Virus record (IMG/VR): IMGVR_UViG_2799113057_000001
Direction: 5' to 3' (one strand)
DNA: 64,000 bases
Source: a virus
Lineage: Duplodnaviria > Heunggongvirae > Uroviricota > Caudoviricetes
Below, in pieces: positions 27,073-36,674 of this stretch. The position numbers and the translations under genes were made by a program. Positions within the stretch are counted from its first letter, which is position 1. Each line of letters begins with the position of its first letter. The notes beneath the pieces are model-generated. The model made no database searches and was not told the origin of the DNA. It saw only the letters and a program-made list of their open reading frames with translations.

Positions 27073-28026
27073 CTATCGAGCGGCGGCATTGTCGGAAACT
27101 GCTGTCGAGTCCCTCGCGCGCTCTTCGGCGCGCTGCAGCAGGCGCCAGATTCGGCCGGCGTAGGCGTCCTTGGTGATCGGTGGATCGGCTTTGGCTGCAA
27201 GCTCGTTCATTCGGGCTTCCGGGTTCTCCAGGCGTAGTCGCGCCGCCTCGGCCAGCTGTGGTGGCACGTCATCGCCGAGGATTCGGAGCGCACGCCCCAC
27301 CGATTCGGCTTGGTCGTGTGCCGCCTGGATGAACCTGGATCTGTTGGCAGCCTCGAGGTTCTCGACGCGCATCGATTCGCGGTGCGTGCTAATGAGGGTG
27401 TGCGCAGCTTCGGGTGCTCCCACGGCTATGAGGAATCTGCCTATCTCCGGGGTCTTGCGAATCTCGAATACGTCGACAGATACTCCGTCGCGGGTGTATT
27501 CGCGCATCTGACTCTGTACTCCGTGGCGGCGGGCGAACCCACCGAGTGCCATCGCCGCAGGGGCAGTCGGGCACACAACCTCGAGGCGCGGTCGTCGGAG
27601 CTCGTGGGTGATGATCTGTCCGCGTGCCAAGAACGCACCGCGAAGTGCGGCTGCCGCGTCAGCGCGTGTGCCTGCCACGACCGCCGGCGACATACCCAGT
27701 ACCGGCCGGCCCGATGGGCTTAGCAGGCCCACCTGCGCCGCTAGGTTGTGGGCGCGATGTATCTGGCGCACCTTGAAGGTTCCCGCCGATAGCTCGAACG
27801 CGCGCGGCGCCGCGTCGAAGAGCTTGGTGATCTCGTCGCGCAAGAACACCGCGGCTTCGCGCGTATCGAGCTCGACGTCGATCCAGCAGCGGCGGCCCTC
27901 GCTGAAAAACCCGCCGCCGAAGCGCAGCATCGCTGAGACCTGCGCACGTCTGGTCGAAGGCGTGTCGTTGACGGACGGAAGTACACGATTCAGTTCGTAT
28001 TTGACCTGTTGTGTCAGTGGATTCAC
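27073..28026 (-). CDS. whiA: WhiA-like DNA-binding protein (divergent paralog 1)
   Basis: C-terminal PPITKDAYAGRIWRLL and overall WhiA-like layout. Confidence 0.7.
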   Translation of the reverse strand: MNPLTQQVKYELNRVLPSVNDTPSTRRAQVSAMLRFGGGFFSEGRRCWIDVELDTREAAVFLRDEITKLFDAAPRAFELSAGTFKVRQIHRAHNLAAQVGLLSPSGRPVLGMSPAVVAGTRADAAAALRGAFLARGQIITHELRRPRLEVVCPTAPAAMALGGFARRHGVQSQMREYTRDGVSVDVFEIRKTPEIGRFLIAVGAPEAAHTLISTHRESMRVENLEAANRSRFIQAAHDQAESVGRALRILGDDVPPQLAEAARLRLENPEARMNELAAKADPPITKDAYAGRIWRLLQRAEERARDSTAVSDNAAAR

Positions 28027-28035
28027 CGGATACTC

Positions 28036-28332
28036 CTATCCCTGATCCGTGGTGTGGCTGGGAACGTCGACGAGAACCGGCACGTATGGGAGGGACACGC
28101 CGGCGAGGTACTGCCGAAACTCCAAGACAGCAGCGCGGTCCTCCGGCGTCAGCGAAGTGCCCGGCGCCGTCAATGTGCAGGACGCCGCATCGGCTGCGTA
28201 GCTCGGATCAGCCTGCGCGGGATCAGACGTCCACCCCCACTGGTCGAAGTCAAACCCTTTGGGGCGCACTGGGCGGTACCAGGTGTTTCCGTTGGCGTCG
28301 GTGCGCGCTGGGTACTGCTGGGCGATGCTCAT
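28036..28332 (-). CDS. hypothetical protein
   Basis: Internal Met. ATGA coupling with the upstream gene. Confidence 0.4.
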   Translation of the reverse strand: MSIAQQYPARTDANGNTWYRPVRPKGFDFDQWGWTSDPAQADPSYAADAASCTLTAPGTSLTPEDRAAVLEFRQYLAGVSLPYVPVLVDVPSHTTDQG

Positions 28333-28778
28333 GTCAGCTGACTCCGCCAACGCCACCCGTTGAACCACCCGCGGCAGTCGTTGCACTCCACCCCGCACCG
28401 CATATTGACCATCCACAGATGCGTGCAGGTTGGGTCGGCGTCGCACAGTTGTTGCTGATTCTCGCCAGGGCCGTAGCGCCTCGAAGCGAATACCTCACCG
28501 CCGCAGTTTCGAAGACTTTCCTTCAGAGGAGGGAAGCCGGGCCCGAGTTTGGGTGGCAACGGAAGCCAGATTGGGGCCAAACCCATACTTTTGGCCCAAT
28601 CGATGATGTTTTCTGTCGCCCAGCGTTCGCGCATCTGATGGAGATTCAAGCTGGCGTTCCACTCCGGGATATGCCCGGCGATCACGTCGAGTTCGAGTTG
28701 CCATTGGTAAGCACGCAGGAACGCGGCCCGTGCGTAGGCCATGCGAGCTGAATCATGCGGTGCCATGGCGATGTTCAT
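28329..28778 (-). CDS. Trp/Cys-rich hypothetical protein
   Basis: 149 aa (…CTHLWMVNMRCGVECNDCRGWFNGWRW). ATGA coupling at both ends. Confidence 0.45.
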   Translation of the reverse strand: MNIAMAPHDSARMAYARAAFLRAYQWQLELDVIAGHIPEWNASLNLHQMRERWATENIIDWAKSMGLAPIWLPLPPKLGPGFPPLKESLRNCGGEVFASRRYGPGENQQQLCDADPTCTHLWMVNMRCGVECNDCRGWFNGWRWRSQLT

Positions 28779-29089
28779 TGGAAGTCGCCTCCTTCGCCTC
28801 CCATGCCGCCGGCGCCCAGGCAAGGCTCGTCGCCGCTGGTGTGGGCCGCCATCACCCAGAACGTCCCGCCGTACCAGGCCTCCGCGCGACGTCGGCACCA
28901 TGAGCAGGTGGCAAAGCCCTGCGGGTAATGCGAAAGGTGCCAGTGCCCCGCGTCGTCGGGGCACTTGTATGGGTGGAGCGTCTGGAAAGTGCGGCCCGCG
29001 GATTCCACTGTCGCGCGGATATCCTGGGCGCCTGCCTGGGCGAGTTCGCGTGTCAGAAACAGGTGCTTCGTCGCGTATCGGCAGCTCAT
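28775..29089 (-). CDS. Cys/His-rich small protein (possible metal-binding)
   Basis: HPYKCPDDAGHWHLSHYPQGFATCSWC. ATGA coupling. Confidence 0.4.
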   Translation of the reverse strand: MSCRYATKHLFLTRELAQAGAQDIRATVESAGRTFQTLHPYKCPDDAGHWHLSHYPQGFATCSWCRRRAEAWYGGTFWVMAAHTSGDEPCLGAGGMGGEGGDFQ

Positions 29090-29424
29090 CGAGTCTCGCC
29101 CTTCGCGCATTCGGGGTAGTGCTCGTCCCGTGAGCAAGCCTCGTATTCCTCGAGGCTAACCTCACGCCAGCCGATCTCTTTCCCGTTGTCCAATCTCAGG
29201 CGCCAAGATTCCGAGTGGGGGATCCACTGTGGCGGCGTGCCGGGATATGTGTTGCAGCGTGGCGGGCTCCCACTACATGTCGTTGATCCCGGGGTGCCCG
29301 GCACGTACTGGGTCCACGCGGGGCTGTACTCGGTGTCTACGACCTTTCCTTCAGCGGGGCCATTGCCGCAGGCGGTGAGCGCACAAACCAACGCGATAGC
29401 AATGGGCCATCTTCGTGGACTCAT
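29086..29424 (-). CDS. small lipoprotein
   Basis: Lipobox ALTAC after a signal peptide. Cys-rich mature part. Confidence 0.5.
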   Translation of the reverse strand: MSPRRWPIAIALVCALTACGNGPAEGKVVDTEYSPAWTQYVPGTPGSTTCSGSPPRCNTYPGTPPQWIPHSESWRLRLDNGKEIGWREVSLEEYEACSRDEHYPECAKGETR

Positions 29425-29690
29425 CGATTCACCACCTCGGCGATAAGGTCGTCGATCCATGGCTCCCGAGGGTCACGATCGCGATCCCATTCCCACTTGT
29501 CGAGCCAGCCGAAATGCGGTGTTCCGTTGAACAGTCGATTTCCGGAAATACTGACGATCACGACTTCTGCGTCCTGATCGCGCTGAACGTTCACCGTGTG
29601 CGGCCGAAACAAGGTCTCTGGCGCATGCCGCGGGCTCATATCAGGCAACTTGAAAGGTGGAATGTTATGGGATTCCCAGTCACTCAACAT
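29421..29690 (-). CDS. hypothetical protein
   Basis: 89-aa ORF. ATGA coupling. Confidence 0.4.
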   Translation of the reverse strand: MLSDWESHNIPPFKLPDMSPRHAPETLFRPHTVNVQRDQDAEVVIVSISGNRLFNGTPHFGWLDKWEWDRDRDPREPWIDDLIAEVVNR

Positions 29691-29922
29691 GCTTAGTCTC
29701 CTGTGCTTTCTCGGTTGGGGGCTGGTCGAACGTCCACAGCTCGATCCGGCCGTGCTGCCAGAACAACTCACCGGCATTGCCCGCCCAGTTGAGGTCCATC
29801 TCCCAGGCGAGCTCAATCCAGATGGGAGTGTCCAGGGCTTGGCGAATGTCGCTACACCGATGTTCTTGGCAGTCCACGTGATTGCGGCCATCAGGGCAGG
29901 TGCACACATCGGTGGTATCCAT
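29680..29922 (-). CDS. Cys-rich small protein
   Basis: CTCPDGRNHVDCQEHRC. Starts 3 nt after the whiA-like 2 stop. Confidence 0.4.
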   Translation of the reverse strand: MDTTDVCTCPDGRNHVDCQEHRCSDIRQALDTPIWIELAWEMDLNWAGNAGELFWQHGRIELWTFDQPPTEKAQETKHVE

Positions 29923-29925
29923 GGA

Positions 29926-30957
29926 TTACGCACCTGCCAGGAGTCGGACGGCCCCACCGTCGGGGCGCTCTGAATCGAACTCGTCCTGCTCTTCTCCGGC
30001 GGCGCGGCGGTCGGCCATGATGAGCAACCGCCGCAACCGGCCTGCGACAGCGTCTTTGGTGATGGGCGGCTGGGCGAGCTGCCCAAGCTCTTCCAGAGAT
30101 GCCTCGCGGTGATCCAGGCGAAGCTGTCCGGTGTGCACCAGGTGCTCGGGTGCTTCTGCCCCCAAAATCGCTAGTGCCTGCTTCACCTTGGCCGCCGTGG
30201 CTGCCGCTGCTCGTGCTGATCTACGCGCGTTGGCGTCATCGAGGTTGACCAGCCGGATTGCGGTCGACTGCATTGCGCGCTGAGCGATTCGCCTCTCCCA
30301 GGAGATGCGCGACTCGTCTGCACCGATTCGGGTCAAGAGCGTTCCGATGCTGTCATGGTCGTGAATCACGACACGGTCGATGCCACGAGCCGTGCGCACC
30401 ATCGACTGAACACCCAGCCGGCGCGCGCAGCTGGTCAGCGCGAATGCCACTTCGGGGTTGGGGCAGCTGATCTCCAGCGCGCTGGATCGGCTCGGTCCGA
30501 TCAATGATCCAGCGACCATGAAGGCGCCGCGCCAGGCTGCGGCGACCTCGCCCGGTGATCCGCCGACCACCATCGCGGGTAGCCCGGTGACGGGCCGGCC
30601 GCGCAGGTCGATGAGACCAGTCTGTAGGGCGAGATCACGCCCACCTTCGCTCACGCGCACCGTGTAACGGGCACCACGGCGCAATCCGGTTTCGCTGTTC
30701 ACGATCACTACTGCTTTGTGGCCATACAGCGCTGCGATTTCCCGGCGCAGGTACCGCGCGACGGCACCGGTGCCGACCTCGATGTGCACCGTCAGCCCGG
30801 TACGGGAGACACGAAGCTCACCAGCGAGTCGGACGATAGCTGCGACCTGAACACGCCTGCACCCCTGGTGTATTGATGTGGCGCGACTCAACTCGTCACG
30901 CACTTCCTGCGTCATCGACATCGGTCCTCCTCCTGCGTTTCGTGGTCGGTCTGTCAA
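29926..30957 (-). CDS. whiA: WhiA-like DNA-binding protein (paralog 2, closer to canonical WhiA)
   Basis: LAGLIDADG-derived N-terminal region plus the C-terminal HTH motif PPITKDAVAGRLRRLL. Confidence 0.8.
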   Translation of the reverse strand: MTDRPRNAGGGPMSMTQEVRDELSRATSIHQGCRRVQVAAIVRLAGELRVSRTGLTVHIEVGTGAVARYLRREIAALYGHKAVVIVNSETGLRRGARYTVRVSEGGRDLALQTGLIDLRGRPVTGLPAMVVGGSPGEVAAAWRGAFMVAGSLIGPSRSSALEISCPNPEVAFALTSCARRLGVQSMVRTARGIDRVVIHDHDSIGTLLTRIGADESRISWERRIAQRAMQSTAIRLVNLDDANARRSARAAAATAAKVKQALAILGAEAPEHLVHTGQLRLDHREASLEELGQLAQPPITKDAVAGRLRRLLIMADRRAAGEEQDEFDSERPDGGAVRLLAGA

Positions 30958-32927
30958 GCTGCGGTTTCAACGGCGCCGGGGCGCTGGAAGGCCGGGAGCC
31001 ACTTCTCGGCTTGGGCAAGTGCGATCAGGTCGCTGAGGTCACGGCGGTCGAGCTGGCCGGCGTCGGGGACTCCCAATTGCGACGCGAAGTCGATCTGCGC
31101 ATCGGAGGACTTAGCGCGGGGGAGATCACGCATGTGATCGGGAAAGATATTCTGCGCCAGCGCGTCTGCCTCTGCCAGGCTCAGCCCTTGCAGGTAGCAC
31201 CTGGGGCCCGGTTCGGTCCACTGCCCATCGAGGCCGACCCAGAACATGCGGTGCACCGTGCTGTCGAAGAATCCGAAGGCCCAATCACGGCCCGCGACGG
31301 TCCCCGTGACACCACGCATATCGGCGAGCATCAGTACGCCTTTGTGGCCGTTGGCGCGGTACACCGAGCGCACGAGGCCGCGGGGGTGGTGTACCCAGCG
31401 GATGGTGGAGGTGCGCTGCGACCAGCTGGAGTCGCCTCGCCGCTGTTTTCCGGCGGCTAGGACGTCGCCGGTAACCGGATCGAAAGTCCGCAGCGGATCT
31501 ACTCGGTGCAGGTCGCATTCACAACCGCAACGGCAGAGTCCGAAGGTCAGCGTGCATGTGCATGTGCAGGGGACACTGGACACGGGGTCGCTGGCTGGGC
31601 CTGACTCAGACGACTCGTTCGCACACGTGCAGTTGCATTCACAACCTATTCCCGTGCAGGAGAAGTCGCACTCGTCACTTGTGCAGGGCTGCTGGCAGAA
31701 GCAACCGAACCCGTCTTCGTCGCTCTCCGGTTTCTCGCGGTGTTCGGGGTCCAGGCGGGTCTTGACGATCAGCCCGAGAGATCCGGCGCCCACGAGGTCC
31801 ACGACGAGAGCGGTGTCTTTGACGGTTCCGTCTTCGAAGGTGTGTGGCCGGAGAGCGCGCCCTACACATTGGACAAGCCTGGACTGGCTGCGCGTCGGTC
31901 TGGCCAGCACGACCGCTTCGCAGCGAGGGAAGTCTGCTCCCTCAGTGAGCACGTCGACCGTCACCAGCACCTGGGTGCTCCCGTGTCGGAATCGGTTGTA
32001 AATGCCGTTACGGACGCGGGTTTTGGTCTCTCCGACGACCACTTCGGCGGACACGCCTTGTTCGACAAGGGACTTGGCTAGTTGCTCGCAGTGCAACAAC
32101 GAAGCGCCAAAGACGATGGACGAGCGGCCCTCGGTGCGTGTCAACACCGCCTCGACAGTGGCGTTTAGCGTGGTCTCTCGCATCATCGCCTCTTCGGCGA
32201 CCTCGTCGGAGATGTCTCCGCCACTACCGGAGGACAGCTTCGAGACATCAAGTTCCGGGAGTTCAACGGTCACGCCTTCTGGCGCGATCAAGAAGCCGTT
32301 TTCGATGGCCCAGTTGATGTCCCGCTCGAAAACCACCTCTTCCCAGATGGTCCTCAAGGCGGGCTCGTCCCTGCTCGGGGCGTGGCGGATCATCGTCGCG
32401 GTGAATCCGGCACGGCGCGCGCCCAGAGCAGTGAAGTGGTCGAGCACCTTGCGGTAGGTTCGGGCGGGCGCGTGGTGGGCCTCGTCGACGATGACGAGGT
32501 CGCGGTGTCCGATTCTGGCTAGGGCCGCCTCAGTCTGTAGTGATTGCACTGTGGCCGAGACAATCTGAGCAGTTGGGTCATCGCGATTGCCTCCTCCGAT
32601 CAGCGAGGGGACGGGGCCGGCCGGGTTCACCGCTGAGACGGCAATGGCCATCTGCTTGATCAATTCGTCGCGGTGGGCCATCAGCAGCACCCGGCCGCTG
32701 TTGGTCACCTCACGGCGCGCCAGCTCTGCGATGACGGTCGATTTTCCCGTCCCGGTCGGCAGCACGACCGCCGGTCCCACGACGCCACGGTTGTAGGCAG
32801 CGCATACCGCGTCGGCGGCTTCGATCTGATACTCGCGCAGTGCACGTGGCTCGTTGGTTGCAGGGGCTGCGACAGGGAAAGCCATCTGCTCTTGATCTGC
32901 GGCGGGAGCCAAGTCGGTGACTGTCAT
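30954..32927 (-). CDS. SF2 DEAD/DEAH-box helicase with a Cys-rich insertion
   Basis: Walker A LPTGTGKS, Walker B DEAHH. A roughly 90-aa block holds more than 20 Cys residues in CxC arrays. Confidence 0.8.
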   Translation of the reverse strand: MTVTDLAPAADQEQMAFPVAAPATNEPRALREYQIEAADAVCAAYNRGVVGPAVVLPTGTGKSTVIAELARREVTNSGRVLLMAHRDELIKQMAIAVSAVNPAGPVPSLIGGGNRDDPTAQIVSATVQSLQTEAALARIGHRDLVIVDEAHHAPARTYRKVLDHFTALGARRAGFTATMIRHAPSRDEPALRTIWEEVVFERDINWAIENGFLIAPEGVTVELPELDVSKLSSGSGGDISDEVAEEAMMRETTLNATVEAVLTRTEGRSSIVFGASLLHCEQLAKSLVEQGVSAEVVVGETKTRVRNGIYNRFRHGSTQVLVTVDVLTEGADFPRCEAVVLARPTRSQSRLVQCVGRALRPHTFEDGTVKDTALVVDLVGAGSLGLIVKTRLDPEHREKPESDEDGFGCFCQQPCTSDECDFSCTGIGCECNCTCANESSESGPASDPVSSVPCTCTCTLTFGLCRCGCECDLHRVDPLRTFDPVTGDVLAAGKQRRGDSSWSQRTSTIRWVHHPRGLVRSVYRANGHKGVLMLADMRGVTGTVAGRDWAFGFFDSTVHRMFWVGLDGQWTEPGPRCYLQGLSLAEADALAQNIFPDHMRDLPRAKSSDAQIDFASQLGVPDAGQLDRRDLSDLIALAQAEKWLPAFQRPGAVETAA

Positions 32928-33694
32928 GCAGCGCCTCGCTGTTCGGCGATCGCGGCGCCGAGCGTGAGAACGAAGTCACCGCCAGTGACGTACAGCCCGT
33001 CAGCTGCGGCCACCGTGATTCCGCGGCAAGCCTGATCGGGAACCTGCTCGAACGAAACGATTTCGCGGCGTAGTTCGTCGTCGCGCCCCCACAACGGCAC
33101 GAGGCTGTATCCGGCTCCGTGCCGAACCCATGTGGGCAGTCCGCCAAGCGAACGGATCAGAGAGCCGGCGGCGGCCAGCGCCATGGAGGGAGCCGACGCC
33201 CCGATGCTGGACCGCGTGCCCAGTACACCGGCGAGCGTTTCGCGCCGCTGTGAGACGTCCGCGGTGAGGTACCGCCAAAGAAGGCCTGCGTCAGTAGCCT
33301 CGCCGCTGCGCAGTTCGGACCCGAAGGTTAGGGGGTCGACCGGGAGAGCAGCGGCCTCCGGGAACGCAACGGCTGCCGCAGTCGGGATCGTCCAACGCGG
33401 TGCACCTCCCGGCAGCACCAGATTGGCGCAGATATCAGCGGTGCGATAGATGCCGATCGCGCCGGTGGCGCCGTCACGAGCCTGCCACAGAGTTTCCGCG
33501 GCTACGTCGGTCTTGGCGCCGTCATCGAAATGCAGACGCGCCATCGAAACGGATCCGATGTCGTTGACGGCAAGAACCGGTATCGGGGTTCCATCGGAAC
33601 CAAACACCGTGTCGCCGGGGACGAGATCGTCCAGCCGACGGAATCCGTCAGGGGTCGGTATCGCCGTGTCGAGCGGCTGTGCGTGAGTGTTCAC
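32924..33694 (-). CDS. stand-alone Hint-domain (intein/BIL-like) protein
   Basis: N-terminal IPTPDGFRRLDDLVPGDTVFGSDGTPIPVL resembles Hint block A/B. ATGA coupling to the helicase. Confidence 0.45.
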   Translation of the reverse strand: MNTHAQPLDTAIPTPDGFRRLDDLVPGDTVFGSDGTPIPVLAVNDIGSVSMARLHFDDGAKTDVAAETLWQARDGATGAIGIYRTADICANLVLPGGAPRWTIPTAAAVAFPEAAALPVDPLTFGSELRSGEATDAGLLWRYLTADVSQRRETLAGVLGTRSSIGASAPSMALAAAGSLIRSLGGLPTWVRHGAGYSLVPLWGRDDELRREIVSFEQVPDQACRGITVAAADGLYVTGGDFVLTLGAAIAEQRGAA

Positions 33695-34488
33695 AGAACC
33701 GGGGCAGGCAGGTGATCAAGCCAGACCGGTGGCTTGCCGACGGCGACCATTGCGGTTGCGGTGGCCAGACGCACGGCTACCGCGCTGCGAAGCATCGGAT
33801 TGGCCGTACCGCGCACAGTGCTCGTGAATGGGCAAGTCACCATGGCGAGGTGGTACGCCGCCAGTGCTTCGCGCGTGTGCACGGTCAGCACCTTGCTGTG
33901 TTGGTATTTCTGCGTGAGATGGTGCAGCAGTGCGAAATCAGCAGCCTCGATACGCAGGCACGTGAGCATCACTGGACCCCAGTAGGGGCCGTAGATGTCC
34001 TTCAGAGATGCAGCGCTGACCACCAATCGCTTCAGCCGCGAGATGATTTTGGTGTCCGTGCACTCCTGGCTGTGGTTCCACTCTTCGTCGGCATTGGTGC
34101 GCGCGAGAATTTCCAGCAGCGTGGTTCCCAGTGTCAGGTTGCGCGAGGAACCAAGAATCGAGCACCGCAGGCACGCGGCACCCTGCTGCGGGTGTTCGTG
34201 TGCTTGCGCGAGCTCAGTGATGTTGTCGGCCTGGATATTGGCGGCTGTTCGCTTGGCCAACGCGTTCGTGTAATCCACGATCAGCTGCATGTCCATGACA
34301 GTCTCGGTGACTTTCTCGGCAGCAGCGCCCGACTCTTCGGAATCGTGCGAGACCAGGGGAGCAACACGTACAGGGATCAGGCCATCGCTGCGGCCAGATA
34401 CCGGGCGAGGCAACAGGATCGGCTGCGCACCGGGTGCTTGCGCACCCAATGCCCGGCTGTCGAGAATGTCTGAAGGTACAGCGGTCAC
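33691..34488 (-). CDS. hypothetical protein
   Basis: 265-aa ORF. Confidence 0.45.
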   Translation of the reverse strand: MTAVPSDILDSRALGAQAPGAQPILLPRPVSGRSDGLIPVRVAPLVSHDSEESGAAAEKVTETVMDMQLIVDYTNALAKRTAANIQADNITELAQAHEHPQQGAACLRCSILGSSRNLTLGTTLLEILARTNADEEWNHSQECTDTKIISRLKRLVVSAASLKDIYGPYWGPVMLTCLRIEAADFALLHHLTQKYQHSKVLTVHTREALAAYHLAMVTCPFTSTVRGTANPMLRSAVAVRLATATAMVAVGKPPVWLDHLPAPVL

Positions 34489-35639
34489 AAGCTGACCGCC
34501 GTCGTCGCGGCCACGGTGACCACAAGTGCAGGACCTTCGACGGTGAGCTCGACGAACGCCGACAGCACGTTCAGAGCGGGCAGGACATCGCGAGCAAGCG
34601 CTACCAAGTCGGTTCCGGCATCGAACGCGAACTTGTTCCCGGCGCTCAGGTCGATCGGCACGCGCAGATTGAGTCCGCCACTGACCACCTGGGACGGGGA
34701 TGAGTCAGCGGGTGCTGCCGGTGTAAGAGCCGAAGGTGTGGGCGTCTCTATGGCGCTCGGGGCGGCGACGATCGGCGCGGAGAAAGCAGGTGCGGGAGCC
34801 GGTTCCACCGGTGTGGTGGTGGGCTCAACGATAACCGGCGCCACCGAGGCGGGGGAGGGCGCAGGAACCACCGGAGGCGCGACAGGCTCGGCTGCCGGCG
34901 CTGCGGCGACTTCGGGCTCTGCGACAGGGGCCTCGGAGCTAAGTGCCGCGGCCGCGGCGACGATCGCTTCGAGATCCTTGCGGGTGATACGCCCGCGACT
35001 GCCGGTTCCTGTCACGGTCGACAGGTCGATGTTGTGCCGGGCTGCGAATGCCCGCACGCTGTCCGACACCGGCACCGAGACAGCTTGCGCAGCTGCCGAT
35101 TCGACACTCGGTGCTGCGACAACCGGTGCAACCACTGGTGCCACATCAACGGCGCCAACGACCGTGCCCTGGGCATAGACCGGTTCAGGCGCCGGGGCGG
35201 GTTCTGCGGTCTGTGCCGGTTGAGCAGCCGCAGCTGGTGCAGAGATCGGGGCCACCGGAGGGGTGACAGGTGGAGCGACCGGGGGCGGTGTGACCGGAGC
35301 GATTCCGGCGATCGGGGAAGTCGAGGGTGCTGGCTCGACGGCAGCCACGGTCACTGGGGTGACGGCGGGAGCGGCTGGCGCAGGTACGGGGACCGGCTCA
35401 GACGAAGTAACCGGGGCATCTGGAACGGCTGTGGGAGCCGGAACAATCGGCGCCGCGGCGTTCAAGGGTACGACCGGCGCAACGGGTGCAACCGGGCTGA
35501 CCGTTGGTGTGGCCGGAGCTGCCGGCGGTGCAACGGGCGCAGCGGGAGCGGCCACCGGAGCGACAACAGGTGGGGCGACAGCGGCGGCGGGCGGGTGCGT
35601 GATGTCACTGAGCGCGGGAACGGCTACCGGTGCAGACAT
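34485..35639 (-). CDS. Ala/Pro/Val-repeat protein with an E3-binding (PSBD-like) domain
   Basis: FAARHNIDLSTVTGTGSRGRITRKDLEAI matches the peripheral-subunit-binding domain of 2-oxoacid dehydrogenase E2. Confidence 0.5.
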   Translation of the reverse strand: MSAPVAVPALSDITHPPAAAVAPPVVAPVAAPAAPVAPPAAPATPTVSPVAPVAPVVPLNAAAPIVPAPTAVPDAPVTSSEPVPVPAPAAPAVTPVTVAAVEPAPSTSPIAGIAPVTPPPVAPPVTPPVAPISAPAAAAQPAQTAEPAPAPEPVYAQGTVVGAVDVAPVVAPVVAAPSVESAAAQAVSVPVSDSVRAFAARHNIDLSTVTGTGSRGRITRKDLEAIVAAAAALSSEAPVAEPEVAAAPAAEPVAPPVVPAPSPASVAPVIVEPTTTPVEPAPAPAFSAPIVAAPSAIETPTPSALTPAAPADSSPSQVVSGGLNLRVPIDLSAGNKFAFDAGTDLVALARDVLPALNVLSAFVELTVEGPALVVTVAATTAVSL

Positions 35640-35689
35640 GGTGGATATCTCCTTGGGTGGTGGGTGAATCAGTTGAGTGGAAACGGGCC

Positions 35690-36139
35690 TCAGGTGTAGC
35701 TGAGGTTCAGCGTTGGCGCGGCGACGGAGACCAGCTCGGCGTACACATCGGGGTAGCGCTCCTCGAACAGGTCGTACTTGACCGAGCGCGCCCCTGCCTT
35801 CTGAGTGACCGTGAATCCGTCGTAGACGCCAGGGGTGTTGGCCACGGCGGTGAGCAGCGCAACACGGACCGCCTTCAAGGCCTTCGCGCATCGGCTGTTG
35901 ACGGAGCTCAGAATCTGGCCCTGTCGCGTCGCCGTGGCTGCCCGCATGGACACCTGCAGGACCAGGTGTGCGAGTTCGGCAGCGGGGTCAGCCGACGCCT
36001 CGATGAACGCCACGATTTCGTCTGTCGACAGAGTCGATGTGGCACCTGTCGGGGCAGGCGCTTGTGGTGCGAGCAGGCCCGCGGGGGCAACCCCGTGTAA
36101 AGGCGGAGCCGTGGGTACTAACGGCGGTGAAGCGGTCAT
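35690..36139 (-). CDS. hypothetical protein
   Basis: Internal Met with RBS GAGGAGA. 149 aa. Confidence 0.4.
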   Translation of the reverse strand: MTASPPLVPTAPPLHGVAPAGLLAPQAPAPTGATSTLSTDEIVAFIEASADPAAELAHLVLQVSMRAATATRQGQILSSVNSRCAKALKAVRVALLTAVANTPGVYDGFTVTQKAGARSVKYDLFEERYPDVYAELVSVAAPTLNLSYT

Positions 36140-36674
36140 GAGTGCGGTCTCCTCGAAGTGGTCGGTCCGAGTGACGAGGATGTCCGGCATCCGGAGGAGA
36201 TGAATCGAATTTGCGAATCATCCACGTTTCCATCACCGGCAATTGCCGTCGTCTCGGTGAGCGTAATGCCGGTTGTGATGCCTACGCAACACCTGTTCTG
36301 TTTCTGCGTGTCGTTGTACGCCTGGGGTCTGACAAGTGGGCACTATCCCGCCCTCAGCCTGGGGAAATGTGCGGGGAAGTCAGTGGGGAGTGAATGGGCG
36401 GGCGCGTGGCTAGTTGCCGGTTGTTGCCTGTCACGTCCCCCCAGGGCATTGCGCGAAAGTAAGTTTCGGCAGGTTGGTCGACGGGTTCCCGTCAAACTCG
36501 CGCCAGGCCTCCAACTATGTCTGGCTACCCGGCATCGACTCACAGCCCGCCCGCCAGCCCCGGCTCTCCGCCGGTTGGCGTGATTCTGTTCGTCGTGGTG
36601 TGTAACTTTCCCTGTTGACCTGCGGTTTCTGCCAACAGGGCGTGCACTTGTTGGCCTACCTGCGTGTTTGTGTT

